The notes beneath the pieces are model-generated. The model was given only the letters and a program-made list of their open reading frames with translations. It was not told the origin of the DNA and searched no databases. Shown here piece after piece: positions 17,929-27,655 of a stretch of DNA of 32,000 bases. This DNA comes from Flavobacteriaceae bacterium (GTDB taxonomy: Bacteria > Bacteroidota > Bacteroidia > Flavobacteriales > Flavobacteriaceae). The DNA lies in contig OZ245049.1 in assembly GCA_965224465.1 (NCBI GenBank), positions 270,001-302,000 on the forward strand. The letters are read 5' to 3'. The translations under genes were made by a program, and so were the position numbers. Every line of letters begins with the position of its first letter. Positions within the stretch are counted from its first letter, which is position 1.

Positions 17929-18147
17929 ATGAAAGAGCAAACATTCGAATTAAAAAGCGGCAAGGAATATATTCAATTGAATAATTTGTTACAGTATTTA
18001 TCACTTGCTCAGACGGGTGGTCATGCAAAAATATTGATTCAGAATCAAGAAGTGTTATTAAATGAAACCATAGAAACACGTATTCGTAAAAAGGTGTTTA
18101 CTGGCGATGTAGTACAGTTAAATGATATCCTGATTCACATAAAATAA
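17929..18147 (+). CDS. YbcJ-like S4-domain RNA-binding protein
   Basis: 72 aa. The pattern LLQYLSLAQTGGHAKILIQNQEVLLNETIETRIRKKVFTGDVV resembles the YbcJ/S4 alpha-L motif. Confidence 0.75.
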   Translation: MKEQTFELKSGKEYIQLNNLLQYLSLAQTGGHAKILIQNQEVLLNETIETRIRKKVFTGDVVQLNDILIHIK

Positions 18148-18377
18148 GTTGTAAAAAAGGTTTTGGAATCAATTAGGGGATAATTTTCATGAAAAACAAG
18201 AGAAGTATCCCTTATTGTTCCGCTTTCTAATGGTGTTTTTTTAGTTTTAAAAAATGTCTCCTCATAGATCTAAGTAGCTTATATTGCATTTCTAGGAGCG
18301 CTAAAACGGGAGTTATAATTGGAATAAGAAATAGTATTCTCATCCATGTCCATGTCACTTTTGAATATAAAAAGGCA

Positions 18378-18469
18378 TTTAATCCCACCAGTGGGTTTAA
18401 TTCCCAGATGTTTGCTTCGAAATGATTAAGGTTTTTTCTTTTTCAGGCCTCGTGGGCTTGCCCCGAGCT
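18378..18469 (-). repeat. REP/MITE-like element, copy 3 (reverse orientation)
   Basis: Its reverse complement matches 29545-29638, including the CTCGGGGCAAGCCCACGAG and AAACCCACTGGTGGGATTAAA hairpins. Confidence 0.85.
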
Positions 18470-18660
18470 TATTGGCTATGGTCATTAAAATAGAGTGCAA
18501 TAAGTATAGCAAGACCATAAAAAAAGGGAAGCCCTTTTGCGATCGGTTTTCCAGTAACATCACTGCCAGAGAAATTTTGTTTCTTAAAAAAAAGGAGCAT
18601 CCATGTAAGAATACTTAGATATACAATAATACGTAAGCGTACGGTAAAGTACACCCTTGA

Positions 18661-20163
18661 TTATTTATCAACAGGCTTCCAATTTTGAGGCAGTAACTCC
18701 GAAAGTTTATTAGCCTTATGTTCTGGTAATCTATTAAGGACATCACATAGCCACGTATGTGGGTTTACGTTATTCTTTTTGCAAGTAGCAAAAAAGCTAT
18801 AAAATAGAGCTATGTTTTGTGCGGACTCATGACTGCCAGCAAAGAGATAATTTTTTCTGCCAATAGCTAAAGGTCTTATGGCATTTTCTATATTATTGTT
18901 GTCTATTTCAAACCTGCCATCATCGATGTATAGTTTTAGGTTTTGCCATATTTTAAGAGTATAAGCAATTGCTTTTCCTATGGCACTTTTAGGCAGTACG
19001 TTTTTTCGCTCTTTTGTAAGATAAATTTCTATTCCGTCTAAAACAGGTGATGCATGTTTTTCTCTATATGCTTTAGTTTGCTCAATAGTTAATTCTTGTT
19101 CTTTTATTTTACGTTCTATCTTGTATAGCTTTTGAATTTCCAACAAAACAACATCCGCTCTTTTAGGATCATTATCCAGCGCCTTCTCAAAATACCGCCT
19201 AGCATGAGCCATGCAACCTAAAAGAGTAATTTCTCCTTTTGTTGTTAAGTTTTGGTATGCAGCATACCCATCGGACTGTAGTGTCCCATTGAAATCTTTA
19301 AAAAACTCTTCTGGAACAACTTTTCCTCTCCCTTTATTGTATTCAAAAAGAACTAAATTTTTAACAGGATTTCGATACACCCACATATACCCTCTGTGTG
19401 TTGATTTTTTCTTGTCTTTATCTAAAACCTTTATAGGAGATTCGTCTGCTTGAATATAATTGGCATTTTCTAAAAACTGAGCCTTAAATGTATCGTATAA
19501 AGGAGCGATAAGCTCCGAACTTTTAGATACCCATCCTCCAATTGTTGATTTACTTACTTTTAAATCTTGTCGTTTAAAAATTTGAATTAATCTGTAAAGT
19601 GGTAAATGGTCTACAAATTTTGAAATAAGTATAAAGGCCAATAAACTTGCTGATGCATTTCCTTTAGGTATCGGTAAGCTTGGTAATTCTGCTATAACAA
19701 CGCCTTTTTCTTCCGGAAGTGCATATTTAGGTCTTACAATTCGTCTTACAAAAACGGAAAGAGGCGTTATTTCTAAAAGTTCTGTAACTTCTTCTCCTAT
19801 TTTTACAGCTCCTTCTTCTATGTGCTTAGGCTCTATAATCTCTTCTACTCGCGGAAAATGCGCAGGTATAGAAGAGCGAACAGGTTTTTTCTTTCCTTTC
19901 TTCTTTTGTTTTCTTTCGTAGATTACAATATGTTTTTTGTATGCCTCTTCTTTCTCAGCTATTATTTTTCCGAAAAGCGACAATTGATTTGTGTCAACAG
20001 GGATAAAACGTTCGCTTTTAGACCCGAAAACCATTCTTTTAAGCTGCTCGTATTGCTGCTTAATTTCAGCTAGTTCTTGAGCTGTTTTTTCAAGTTCAAT
20101 CTTTAAAATTACCAGCTCTTTTTGTATGTCTATTGTATTGTTTTCCACACTATAAATATACAA
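18661..20163 (-). CDS. tnpC: IS66-family transposase TnpC
   Basis: 500 aa. N-terminal coiled-coil/leucine-zipper-like region, a DDE-region pattern (IQADESPIKVLD) and a C-terminal region typical of IS66 transposases. Confidence 0.9.
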   Translation of the reverse strand: MYIYSVENNTIDIQKELVILKIELEKTAQELAEIKQQYEQLKRMVFGSKSERFIPVDTNQLSLFGKIIAEKEEAYKKHIVIYERKQKKKGKKKPVRSSIPAHFPRVEEIIEPKHIEEGAVKIGEEVTELLEITPLSVFVRRIVRPKYALPEEKGVVIAELPSLPIPKGNASASLLAFILISKFVDHLPLYRLIQIFKRQDLKVSKSTIGGWVSKSSELIAPLYDTFKAQFLENANYIQADESPIKVLDKDKKKSTHRGYMWVYRNPVKNLVLFEYNKGRGKVVPEEFFKDFNGTLQSDGYAAYQNLTTKGEITLLGCMAHARRYFEKALDNDPKRADVVLLEIQKLYKIERKIKEQELTIEQTKAYREKHASPVLDGIEIYLTKERKNVLPKSAIGKAIAYTLKIWQNLKLYIDDGRFEIDNNNIENAIRPLAIGRKNYLFAGSHESAQNIALFYSFFATCKKNNVNPHTWLCDVLNRLPEHKANKLSELLPQNWKPVDK

Positions 20164-20206
20164 AAAACAAGACTAAATAGCAGGTAAAACCTACAGTTTT
20201 ATTGAA

Positions 20207-20560
20207 TTATTTAGCCTCTAAATAACGTTCGTTTTTCTGAGTATTTATAATACTAATTCCGTCTAAAACCATAACCATTTGGGTATAACTCAAAACTACT
20301 AATCCATCTTCAATGTCGTATTTTGGAAGCTCAAAAATACCTCGTTCCAATCGTTTATAATACAGTACAAATCCTCCAGGTCGCCAATGAAGAAGTTTTA
20401 GTTTATTTTTTTGCTTATTGATAAATGCATAAACACTATTTCTATCTCGCTCTTGTTCCATGTGCTCACTAACTAATCCACTTAATCCATTAAATCCTTT
20501 TCGCATATCAACTGCAGATAAGTGATAATAATACGTGTGTTCTGTACCTAATCCTAACAT
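20207..20560 (-). CDS. tnpB: IS66 Orf2-like accessory protein TnpB
   Basis: 117 aa. MRKGFNGLSGLV...KLKLLHWRPGGFVLYYKRLERGIFELP matches the IS66 Orf2 family pattern. Confidence 0.9.
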   Translation of the reverse strand: MLGLGTEHTYYYHLSAVDMRKGFNGLSGLVSEHMEQERDRNSVYAFINKQKNKLKLLHWRPGGFVLYYKRLERGIFELPKYDIEDGLVVLSYTQMVMVLDGISIINTQKNERYLEAK

Positions 20561-20913
20561 TTATATTTTCGTTTTTGTTTAGATGCAAAAATTAGATTAT
20601 TTTTAACTTCTTACAAGATGTAGTTCTCCGTACGCTTACAATAATACTACTTCCTATAATAATGGTTACTGTCCTATTTATTTTTGAATTACAGGAACTA
20701 ATTTATAGTTTTAAAAACGAGTTTATATTTATTTTTACACTCATTTTATGAATTTGCAAATAAGGGGCTTATTCACCAATGTACTGTTAGTAATATAAAA
20801 AACAGTATTAAAGCATTACTTCTTAGTCTTTACTGTAAGTTATTGTTATACAGTAGATAACGACTTGTTTTGTTAGTTCGTGGCTAAAAAGTAAAAACAG
20901 TATAGGTGGATAC

Positions 20914-20952
20914 AAAACAATCCTCTAAAGGTAATTTTTAGAGGATTGTTTT
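20914..20952 (-). terminator. intrinsic terminator after the SDR gene
   Basis: 16-bp perfect stem (20914-20929 with 20937-20952) and a 7-nt loop. The outermost A/T pairs give a U-tract on either strand. Confidence 0.7.
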
Positions 20953-20968
20953 TAATCGTTATGTCTGT

Positions 20969-21685
20969 TTATGGATTGGTAGACCAGATGCTTGAATTTA
21001 CCACCATTACCCTTCTAGGTAATTTTAATTGGCTAATTAGTAATTCGGCAATATCTTCTGCTTGCATTACTTTTTCTGGATTTCCATCAGTTAATTTTAA
21101 ATCCAAAGCCATGTCTGTAGCCACAGTACTTGGCACCAATACATTTACACGAATATTATGTTTGCGAACTTCTGCCATTAAAGATTCTGTCAATCCAATT
21201 ACGGCAAATTTAGAAGCACTATAAGCACTTGTCATGGCATTTCCTTTGAGTCCAGCAGTCGAAGATATATTGATAATATCACCGCTTTTTTGAGCAATCA
21301 TACTAGGTAAAAATGCACGTGTAACAAAGTAAGTTCCCATTAAATTAATTTGAATTACTTCGCTCCAAGATTCCGAAGTCAAATCCATAAAGTTACCAAA
21401 ACGTCCAATACCTGCATTATTGATAAGAATATCAATATTTCCAAAAGAAGCTAATACTTCTTGAGCAGCTTTATTTACGGACGCTTCTGAAGATACATCC
21501 GCAGCTACTACCATCGCCTTTACTCCCATCGCTCTTACTTCTTGAGCTACTTTTTCTAAATCGCTTGTTGTACGCGATACTAATGCTACAGCGATCCCTT
21601 CCTTGGCGAATGCCAAAGCCAATGCCTTACCTATTCCTTTTCCAGCACCTGTAATCAATGCTTTTTTTCCTTGTAATGATTCCAT
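20969..21685 (-). CDS. SDR-family oxidoreductase (FabG-like)
   Basis: TGAGKGIG cofactor motif, NNAG, and the catalytic S...YSASK arrangement. Confidence 0.9.
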   Translation of the reverse strand: MESLQGKKALITGAGKGIGKALALAFAKEGIAVALVSRTTSDLEKVAQEVRAMGVKAMVVAADVSSEASVNKAAQEVLASFGNIDILINNAGIGRFGNFMDLTSESWSEVIQINLMGTYFVTRAFLPSMIAQKSGDIINISSTAGLKGNAMTSAYSASKFAVIGLTESLMAEVRKHNIRVNVLVPSTVATDMALDLKLTDGNPEKVMQAEDIAELLISQLKLPRRVMVVNSSIWSTNP

Positions 21686-21830
21686 TAAATTTTTATTTTA
21701 TACCATTGCTGGTCGATTTATAACAATTACAGTGAAAATAAAGCACTGCCAATCGCCCCTAAAATTACTATAAATATGATAGAAATTGTGTATGAACTCG
21801 TTAAATTAACATGAAATTATTGGCAGTACT

Positions 21831-22277
21831 TTAAGATAGATTATTCGACAAGTTTGTATTTATTTTCTGAATGATAGAATACATCATAGCCGTAGACCAG
21901 CCGATAAGCATAATCCCATTGATTGCCTCAATACCAGAGAGTAAACGCCAAGGACTACTCAATGTAATATCTCCATAACCTAAGGTAGTAAAAGTAACCA
22001 ACGAAAAATACAATGCTTCTGAAAAAAACTCAAAATCACCTCTTGTAGCAGGGTTCATATAATAGCACATTGCCCACATAATAGTCTGAAGAAAATGTAG
22101 CATGGTAATAAATAAAAAGGAAAGCGTTAATATTCTCGCAATATTTTTATTTGAAAGAGATTGTTTTTTAAAATTAAAATGATGGTTGGTTCTACGCACT
22201 AACAAAACAACACCAAGTGCTTGTATAATTACGTTAATGGTAATGATGCAACCTCCAACTGCTAAAATCTTGATCAT
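21831..22277 (-). CDS. small potassium channel family protein
   Basis: K+ selectivity filter TTLGYGD between hydrophobic helices. 148 aa. Confidence 0.8.
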   Translation of the reverse strand: MIKILAVGGCIITINVIIQALGVVLLVRRTNHHFNFKKQSLSNKNIARILTLSFLFITMLHFLQTIMWAMCYYMNPATRGDFEFFSEALYFSLVTFTTLGYGDITLSSPWRLLSGIEAINGIMLIGWSTAMMYSIIQKINTNLSNNLS

Positions 22278-22296
22278 TTCTTTTTTCAGAAAGTTA

Positions 22297-22337
22297 CAAA
22301 AAAAAAGCTATAAAAACACATGCGTATTTTTATAGCT
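22297..22337 (-). terminator. intrinsic terminator after the cold-shock-domain gene
   Basis: AGCTATAAAAA (22306-22316) pairs with TTTTTATAGCT (22327-22337). On the minus strand the hairpin is followed by a 9-nt T-run (plus-strand A-run 22297-22305). Confidence 0.7.
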
Positions 22338-22380
22338 TTTAATTCAGTACATACATCATAAAACTACAATGCGGCTGTAC

Positions 22381-22833
22381 TTATATTTTTTTTACACGAA
22401 CAGCGTTTAAACCTTTCATTCCTCTTTCTAACTCGTAAGAAACTTTATCGTTTTCGGCTATTTGATCTATCAAACCACTTACATGGCAGAAATATTTTTC
22501 GTTGTTTTCGGCATCAATAATAAATCCGAATCCTTTTGAAGTATCAAAGAAAGAAACTTTTCCTTTTCTGATTGGATCTTCCTCTTCCATATCTTCTTTC
22601 TTAGGAACTCCTATTTCAATACTTTCTATATCTACGGCAACTTTTAATGCAGGATCCGGAGGAGTATCGGTTAGATTCCCTAAATGATCTACATAAGCGA
22701 ACTGAATCCCTGCGGTTCCATTTTCTTTCACGTCCATTCTACGAGCTTCTTTCTTTTTAAGTTTCTCCTCGCGTTTTTTCTTGCGTTTTTTTTCTTTTTC
22801 TGCTTTATTAAAAGTTTGTTGCGATTTTGCCAT
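22381..22833 (-). CDS. cold-shock-domain protein with Lys-rich N-terminal extension
   Basis: The C-terminal CSD has an RNP1-like KGFGFI (GKVSFFDTSKGFGFIID). The N-terminal part of about 75 aa is highly basic (KEKKRKKKREEKLKKKEARR). Confidence 0.8.
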   Translation of the reverse strand: MAKSQQTFNKAEKEKKRKKKREEKLKKKEARRMDVKENGTAGIQFAYVDHLGNLTDTPPDPALKVAVDIESIEIGVPKKEDMEEEDPIRKGKVSFFDTSKGFGFIIDAENNEKYFCHVSGLIDQIAENDKVSYELERGMKGLNAVRVKKI

Positions 22834-23047
22834 TTATAGTTTATATGATTTATATTTTGCTTAAAGAAGACCTAAATTGGAAGTGTTTTCCACTTAAAAA
22901 CCTCGGTCAGCGCGGCAAAGATACTGTTTGTATTTCAATTATCTTGCCTTCAGCCTTATTAATATTGATAAAGATCCTTTTTTTTATTTTAAAAACACAT
23001 CAAAATAAAGGTCTTATTTATGTCTTACGCGCTTAATAAATATTGCT

Positions 23048-24358
23048 TTACACAATAGATACGCGTACTTTCTTTTTCTTTAGTCGTGAATTGTTTAGAT
23101 TACTTACCAATTGATCTGCTATTTTTTTAGGAACGGCTACAAATGCACAATCCTGTTTCAGTTCTATCACTCCAAGTTGATCTTTAGTCAAGTTGCCTTG
23201 TTTAAAAAACAATCCAGCAATATCTCCTTTAGAAATTTTGTCTTTTCTACCACCAGAAATAAATAAAGTCACCCATTTTGGTGCTTTTCTTGTGCTTTTT
23301 TCCGATAATTTTATCACTTTAGAATTGTGTATAAAATCGGGTAAACGATCATCTTTGTGTTTTAAAACATAGGCTGTCCCAGACTCGTCTACACGTGCTG
23401 TACGCCCATTTCTATGGGTAAACTCTTCCTCTTTTAAAGGCAATTGATAATGTATAATAAACTTTAAAGCTGGAATGTCTATCCCACGTGCCGCTAAATC
23501 TGTAGCTACAATTATTTGATGCGTTCCATTTCTGAATTTTATCAAAGAACGTTCTCTGTCCTTTTGCTCCATTCCTCCGTAAAAACAACCGTGTTTGATG
23601 CCTTTCTCGTCTAAATAACGACTGACATCACTTATTGTGTCTTTTAGATTACAAAATACAATACCAGGCGTATTCCCAACATGATTTAAGACATCAACCA
23701 AAATCTGCATTTTATTTTTAGAGGGAGACATCACTGTTTGAAGAGTCAGGTTGGAACTGCGTTTCTTTAAGAAATTCACCACTGTATGCTTTCCTAATTT
23801 CGCAAATTCAGGAATTTCCAATTCTTGGGTAGCAGAGGTTAAAATCCGTTTGTCAATACTTGGTAATTCATGAATTATCCCACGCATTTCATATTCAAAA
23901 CCAACTTCTAAAGACTTGTCAAACTCGTCCAAAACCAATGTTTTAATAAAGTCCCTAGAAAAACGCTCACGACTAAAATGATCCGCAATACGTCCAGGTG
24001 TTCCTATTAAAATTGCGGGCGTGTGTTTCAATTCTATTTTGTCCTTAGACATGGCTCTTCCTCCATATACCGCATTTACTTTATACCCAGAGCCAAGTTC
24101 TCTAACTACTTGCTCTATTTGAATAGCCAACTCTCTAGAAGGTACTAAAATTAATGCCTGCACCTCTTTACTTGCTGGATCTAATCGATCGATTAGCGGG
24201 AGTAAAAACGCCAAGGTTTTTCCTGTTCCAGTAGGCGATAAAATAACGACATTACTATGTGATTCTATGGCTTCCAGTGCTTTATTCTGCATTGGATTCA
24301 ACTCCTTGATATTTAATTTATCAAGCATTTCTTGCTGATGTTTTATTGTATTTGCCAT
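23048..24358 (-). CDS. DEAD-box-family RNA helicase with DbpA-like C-terminal domain; motif II is DEFD
   Basis: Motif I SPTGTGKT, motif II VLDEFD, SAT, and motif VI HRNGRTAR. The C-terminus (WVTLFISGGRKDKISKGDIAGL...) resembles the DbpA RNA-binding domain. The start at MANTIK (24358) is preferred over the track start at 24394, which overlaps the upstream gene. Confidence 0.85.
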   Translation of the reverse strand: MANTIKHQQEMLDKLNIKELNPMQNKALEAIESHSNVVILSPTGTGKTLAFLLPLIDRLDPASKEVQALILVPSRELAIQIEQVVRELGSGYKVNAVYGGRAMSKDKIELKHTPAILIGTPGRIADHFSRERFSRDFIKTLVLDEFDKSLEVGFEYEMRGIIHELPSIDKRILTSATQELEIPEFAKLGKHTVVNFLKKRSSNLTLQTVMSPSKNKMQILVDVLNHVGNTPGIVFCNLKDTISDVSRYLDEKGIKHGCFYGGMEQKDRERSLIKFRNGTHQIIVATDLAARGIDIPALKFIIHYQLPLKEEEFTHRNGRTARVDESGTAYVLKHKDDRLPDFIHNSKVIKLSEKSTRKAPKWVTLFISGGRKDKISKGDIAGLFFKQGNLTKDQLGVIELKQDCAFVAVPKKIADQLVSNLNNSRLKKKKVRVSIV

Positions 24359-24359
24359 C

Positions 24360-25706
24360 TTATTTTTTCTTCTTTTTCTTTGTTGATTTATCACTGACCA
24401 CAGCGCTAGTACCTGTTTGATTTACCAGGTAATGTGCCAGTACTTTTTCTACCAATTCCTCTTTTGTTAAATGATGAAATATCGTGTGTATTTGTTTTTT
24501 AAACTGAGCTGTTACCTCTCTATTGGGCTTAATTTTAAAAATTTTCTTAGCCCATAACAAACCGTTATTTTCTTCAATACTTTGAGCATCGGCTTTTTTA
24601 AATTTAGAAAATTTAATGCCCAATGCTTTTTCAAAATCATTAATATCTTCTTCCTCTTCCTTTTGCAATACAGTCAGAGAGAAACCTTTGGCTCCTGCCC
24701 TAGCCGTTCTTCCACTTCTGTGAACATAAGTTTCGTAAACTTCTGGTAAATGGTAATTCACAACATAGGAAATTTCCTTTATATCAATACCACGAGCAGC
24801 TAAATCTGTAGCGACCAATATGTTTATTTGTCCCATTCTAAACTGCCCCATAATACGATCTCTAATCCCTTGGCTTAGACTTCCATGTAAAGCGCCAGAA
24901 GAGAATTTATTAATCGCTAAATTCTTTGCCAATTTATTCACTGCAGCTTTGGTTTTGCAAAAGATAATTCCGCGTTCACCTTCCCTCGAAGTTAAGAAAT
25001 GCATCAATACATCCAATTTTTCTATAGGTGCTACAACTACATATTGATGGTCTATTCCTTGATGACCAACAGTTTCCATATCTGCACTTACTTGCGTAAC
25101 ATGCTTGGACATGTAATTTTGAATTAATTGCTTGATATTTCCTGGCATGGTAGCCGTAAACAGTAGCGTACGGTATTTTTCTGGCAATACCGCTACAATT
25201 TTATCCAAGCCATCTTTTAAAGAAGTAACCATTTCATCAGCCTCGTCCAAAACCAAATAATTGGTGTTTTTAAGATTGACGTTATTTCGTTGAATTAAAT
25301 CTATTAAGCGCCCTGGAGTGGCTACAATTATATGTGTGGCTTCTTTAAGACGTTCAATTTGAGGCTTGATAGGAACCCCTCCACAAATGGATGCGATAGA
25401 TACTGCTGGAAGCTGACTCGCAAAAGAAACTAAATTTGTATATATCTGTTGTCCCAACTCGCGTGTTGGAGCAAGAATCACTGCTTGTATTTTTGGGTTT
25501 TCTGGATCAATTAATTGCAGTAAAGGCACACCAAAAGCAGCTGTTTTCCCCGTTCCTGTTTTTGCCAATCCAACAAAATCATCTTCTTGATTTAATAAAA
25601 CGGGAATTGATTTTTCCTGAATGCTTGTAGGTATGGTAATCTTAAGTTTGGCTAAGCCTAAAACTAAAGAAGAGGAAACTCCTAAAGCGGCAAATTGTTG
25701 TGACAT
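24360..25706 (-). CDS. DEAD-box ATP-dependent RNA helicase
   Basis: Motif I AKTGTGKT, DEAD (VLDEADEM), TAT and HRSGRTARAG. Lys-rich C-terminal tail (KSTKKKKKK). Confidence 0.9.
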   Translation of the reverse strand: MSQQFAALGVSSSLVLGLAKLKITIPTSIQEKSIPVLLNQEDDFVGLAKTGTGKTAAFGVPLLQLIDPENPKIQAVILAPTRELGQQIYTNLVSFASQLPAVSIASICGGVPIKPQIERLKEATHIIVATPGRLIDLIQRNNVNLKNTNYLVLDEADEMVTSLKDGLDKIVAVLPEKYRTLLFTATMPGNIKQLIQNYMSKHVTQVSADMETVGHQGIDHQYVVVAPIEKLDVLMHFLTSREGERGIIFCKTKAAVNKLAKNLAINKFSSGALHGSLSQGIRDRIMGQFRMGQINILVATDLAARGIDIKEISYVVNYHLPEVYETYVHRSGRTARAGAKGFSLTVLQKEEEEDINDFEKALGIKFSKFKKADAQSIEENNGLLWAKKIFKIKPNREVTAQFKKQIHTIFHHLTKEELVEKVLAHYLVNQTGTSAVVSDKSTKKKKKK

Positions 25707-25910
25707 ATATATTATTTTTCTGCAAAGATAAGGGTTCTTTGGGAACTTGTATGAATTTGTTTTTATTGTTAAATGATGTATGATTGGAACTATTAAATTA
25801 TATTGAACCTAGCTAAATCATCTTTTTGTTTTAATAGTTGTAAGTGTGTCATTATAAGCCGATTGGCTTTGTTCATCTTTTCTGAGAATGGTACTTGAAA
25901 ACATACACAA

Positions 25911-26093
25911 TCAATTCACGAATGCTGTCATACCAAATACATTTCCAAGTGACGGTTTAGAAATGGAATTATTTTTTGTTATAGCTAGGCGGAAAACTTG
26001 AGGATAGCCTTTGCTATCGTTCCTTTTTTCAACAATGCTAGTACGTAGTACAAACAATTTATATCGGTCATTTTGAATTGTAGTTGGTGGCAC
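25911..26093 (-). pseudogene. possible N-terminal (Arm-type DNA-binding) fragment of a tyrosine integrase
   Basis: YKLFVLRTSIVEKRNDSKGYPQVFRLAITKNN loosely resembles the N-terminal beta-rich Arm domain of Bacteroidota integrases. The ORF stops after 60 aa and there is no room for a catalytic domain before the helicase gene. The DNA at 25979-26088 is repeated at 27974-28108. Confidence 0.25.
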
Positions 26094-26334
26094 AAATAGA
26101 ACCGTGGTAGCCAGGAGTTAAACCTGCTTTTCCAAAAACCACAAAGATTTACACCAAGACCATCGAAATAAATAATAAAAAAATAGTTGGACCGCTTGAA
26201 AATTTAAAAAATTTGAATACTTTTAACAAAAAACTCACATAACCCGAGACTATTATAATATAACGGAAATAACGTTACGTTTTGGAAGTTTATTGATGAT
26301 ATATGGGTGTTGGCCACAACCCAAACAATAATCA

Positions 26335-26571
26335 ATGAGCCAAACAAAAAGAAGAATAAATACGCATAGAAAAGCTAAAGAGATAATAAATAGTTTTTAT
26401 GATAATAATTCTCATACGCTATTAATTCATTATTCATGTGAAAGTTTTTATGATATTAAAGATGGACGAACACCTAGAATAACATCTATTGCTATAAGGT
26501 ATTTAGATTCTTCTCAGACAAAATCATTTTCTATCTTAAATTCAACTAATAAACGCAACTTTTCGATTTGA
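26335..26571 (+). pseudogene. hypothetical ORF whose 3' end runs into the IS30 left end
   Basis: Only the last 11 codons and the stop (NSTNKRNFSI*) are IS30 inverted-repeat sequence. The native part ends at about 26538. No family recognised. Confidence 0.4.
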
Positions 26572-27655
26572 TTCTATGATGGTTATATTTTCAAAACAGA
26601 AAAGTAGGAAAACCTACCTTTCTTGTCTTGATGGATATGTATCTTACGGTCTCAAATCTCGAAAAAAGAAGTTGTATGAAACACATCACCCAAGCGCAAA
26701 GATACACAATTTGTTGCATGTTAAAACAAGGTTATAAACAGGTTGAGATAGCAGCTGCTATAGGAAAAGACAAGTCTGTTATTAGCAAAGAGATTAAGCG
26801 TAATTCAGACAAAAGAAATGGAGTTTACAAGCATGAATTAGCCCAAAAAAAGTATGCTAAACGTCATAAAGAAAAGCCTAAAAGAAAACGCTTTACAGAA
26901 GATATTCAACAAGCAATAGAGTTGTTATTGCGAGACGATTATAGTCCTGAGCAAGTAGTTGGTGTCCTAAAAAAACAAGGTAAAGAAACGGTGTCTATTG
27001 AGCGTATATATCAGCATATTAGGGAAGACAAGAGGAATGATGGTGATTTACATACACACCTTCGCAGACAGGGAAGGAGATATAGAAAACGTGGCTCATC
27101 AAAGGATTCTAGAGGGGTTATAAAGAATCGTATTAGTATAGAACAACGCCCTGAAGTTGTTGAACAAAGAAATCGATTTGGAGATTTAGAGGTCGATTTA
27201 ATCATAGGTAAAAACCATAATCAAGCCATACTTACCGTAAATGATAGAGCTTTTGGAATGCTTAAAATGAAAAAAGTAAGCTCTAAAGAAGCAGTTGTTG
27301 TCACTAAAGCTATCAATGAAATATTAGAAGACTGGAAGCCTTATCTACATACTATAACAGCTGATAATGGAAAAGAATTTGCAGGCCATGAGCAGGTTGC
27401 AGAAAATTTATGTATTGATTACTTTTTTGCGCATCCATATCACTCTTGGGAAAGAGGATCTAACGAAAATTTAAATGGTTTGATTAGACAATATTTTGCC
27501 AAAGGAAGTGACTTTACAAACCTAACAGATCAAAGAATCAAAGAGGTAGAAACAAAATTAAATAACAGACCTAGGAAGAGACATAAATATCAAAACCCTA
27601 TATTTGTAATGGAACAATTATTATTTAACTAAAAGTTGCGTTTGTGACTTGAATT
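26539..27655 (+). mobile_element. IS30-family insertion sequence
   Basis: Terminal inverted repeats AATTCAACTAATAAACGCAACTTTT (left, from 26539) and the reverse complement of the right end AATTCAAGTCACAAACGCAACTTTT (ending 27655). The outer AATT could instead be a 4-bp target duplication, giving an element of 26543-27651. Single transposase gene. Confidence 0.85.
26676..27632 (+). CDS. IS30-family DDE transposase
   Basis: N-terminal HTH (MKHITQAQRYTI...EIAAAIGKDKSVISKEIKRN) and DDE blocks DLEVDLI, ITADNGKEF and SWERGSNENLNGLIRQY. The track start at 26628 is probably too far upstream. Confidence 0.9.
   Translation: MKHITQAQRYTICCMLKQGYKQVEIAAAIGKDKSVISKEIKRNSDKRNGVYKHELAQKKYAKRHKEKPKRKRFTEDIQQAIELLLRDDYSPEQVVGVLKKQGKETVSIERIYQHIREDKRNDGDLHTHLRRQGRRYRKRGSSKDSRGVIKNRISIEQRPEVVEQRNRFGDLEVDLIIGKNHNQAILTVNDRAFGMLKMKKVSSKEAVVVTKAINEILEDWKPYLHTITADNGKEFAGHEQVAENLCIDYFFAHPYHSWERGSNENLNGLIRQYFAKGSDFTNLTDQRIKEVETKLNNRPRKRHKYQNPIFVMEQLLFN

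Larger units (their letters stand above)
18633..20639 (-). mobile_element. IS66-family insertion sequence (tnpB + tnpC, no tnpA)
   Basis: The termini GTAAGCGTACGG (18633-18644) and its reverse complement (20628-20639) start an imperfect inverted repeat of about 24 bp. A perfect 8-bp direct repeat AATAATAC flanks it (18625-18632 and 20640-20647), which is the target-duplication length typical of IS66. Confidence 0.9.

Noticed and set aside
18227-18343. 38-aa minus-strand ORF (MRILFLIPIITPVLALLEMQYKLLRSMRRHFLKLKKHH)
   Set aside because: It could be a small membrane protein, but it is too short to support from sequence alone.
18381-18406. tRNA-like T-arm impression (GGGTTTAATTCCC) in the REP elements
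   Set aside because: No acceptor stem, D-arm or anticodon arm can be built around it, and it recurs as part of the 93-bp repeat.
18469-18654. 61-aa ORF adjacent to IS66
   Set aside because: Its start codon and first 8 codons come from the IS66 inverted repeat. In the reconstructed empty site the frame has no ATG upstream and a stop 31 codons back. Its 3' end touches the REP copy.
19211-21224. ORFs 19211-19453, 19822-20073 and 20946-21224
   Set aside because: They are antisense to tnpC or to the SDR gene.
22502-23036. ORFs 22502-22687 and 22827-23036
   Set aside because: The first is antisense to the CSD gene. The second lies in the AT-rich promoter region and encodes a low-complexity peptide.
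24820-25630. ORFs 24820-25047 and 25436-25630
   Set aside because: They are antisense to the DEAD-box helicase gene.
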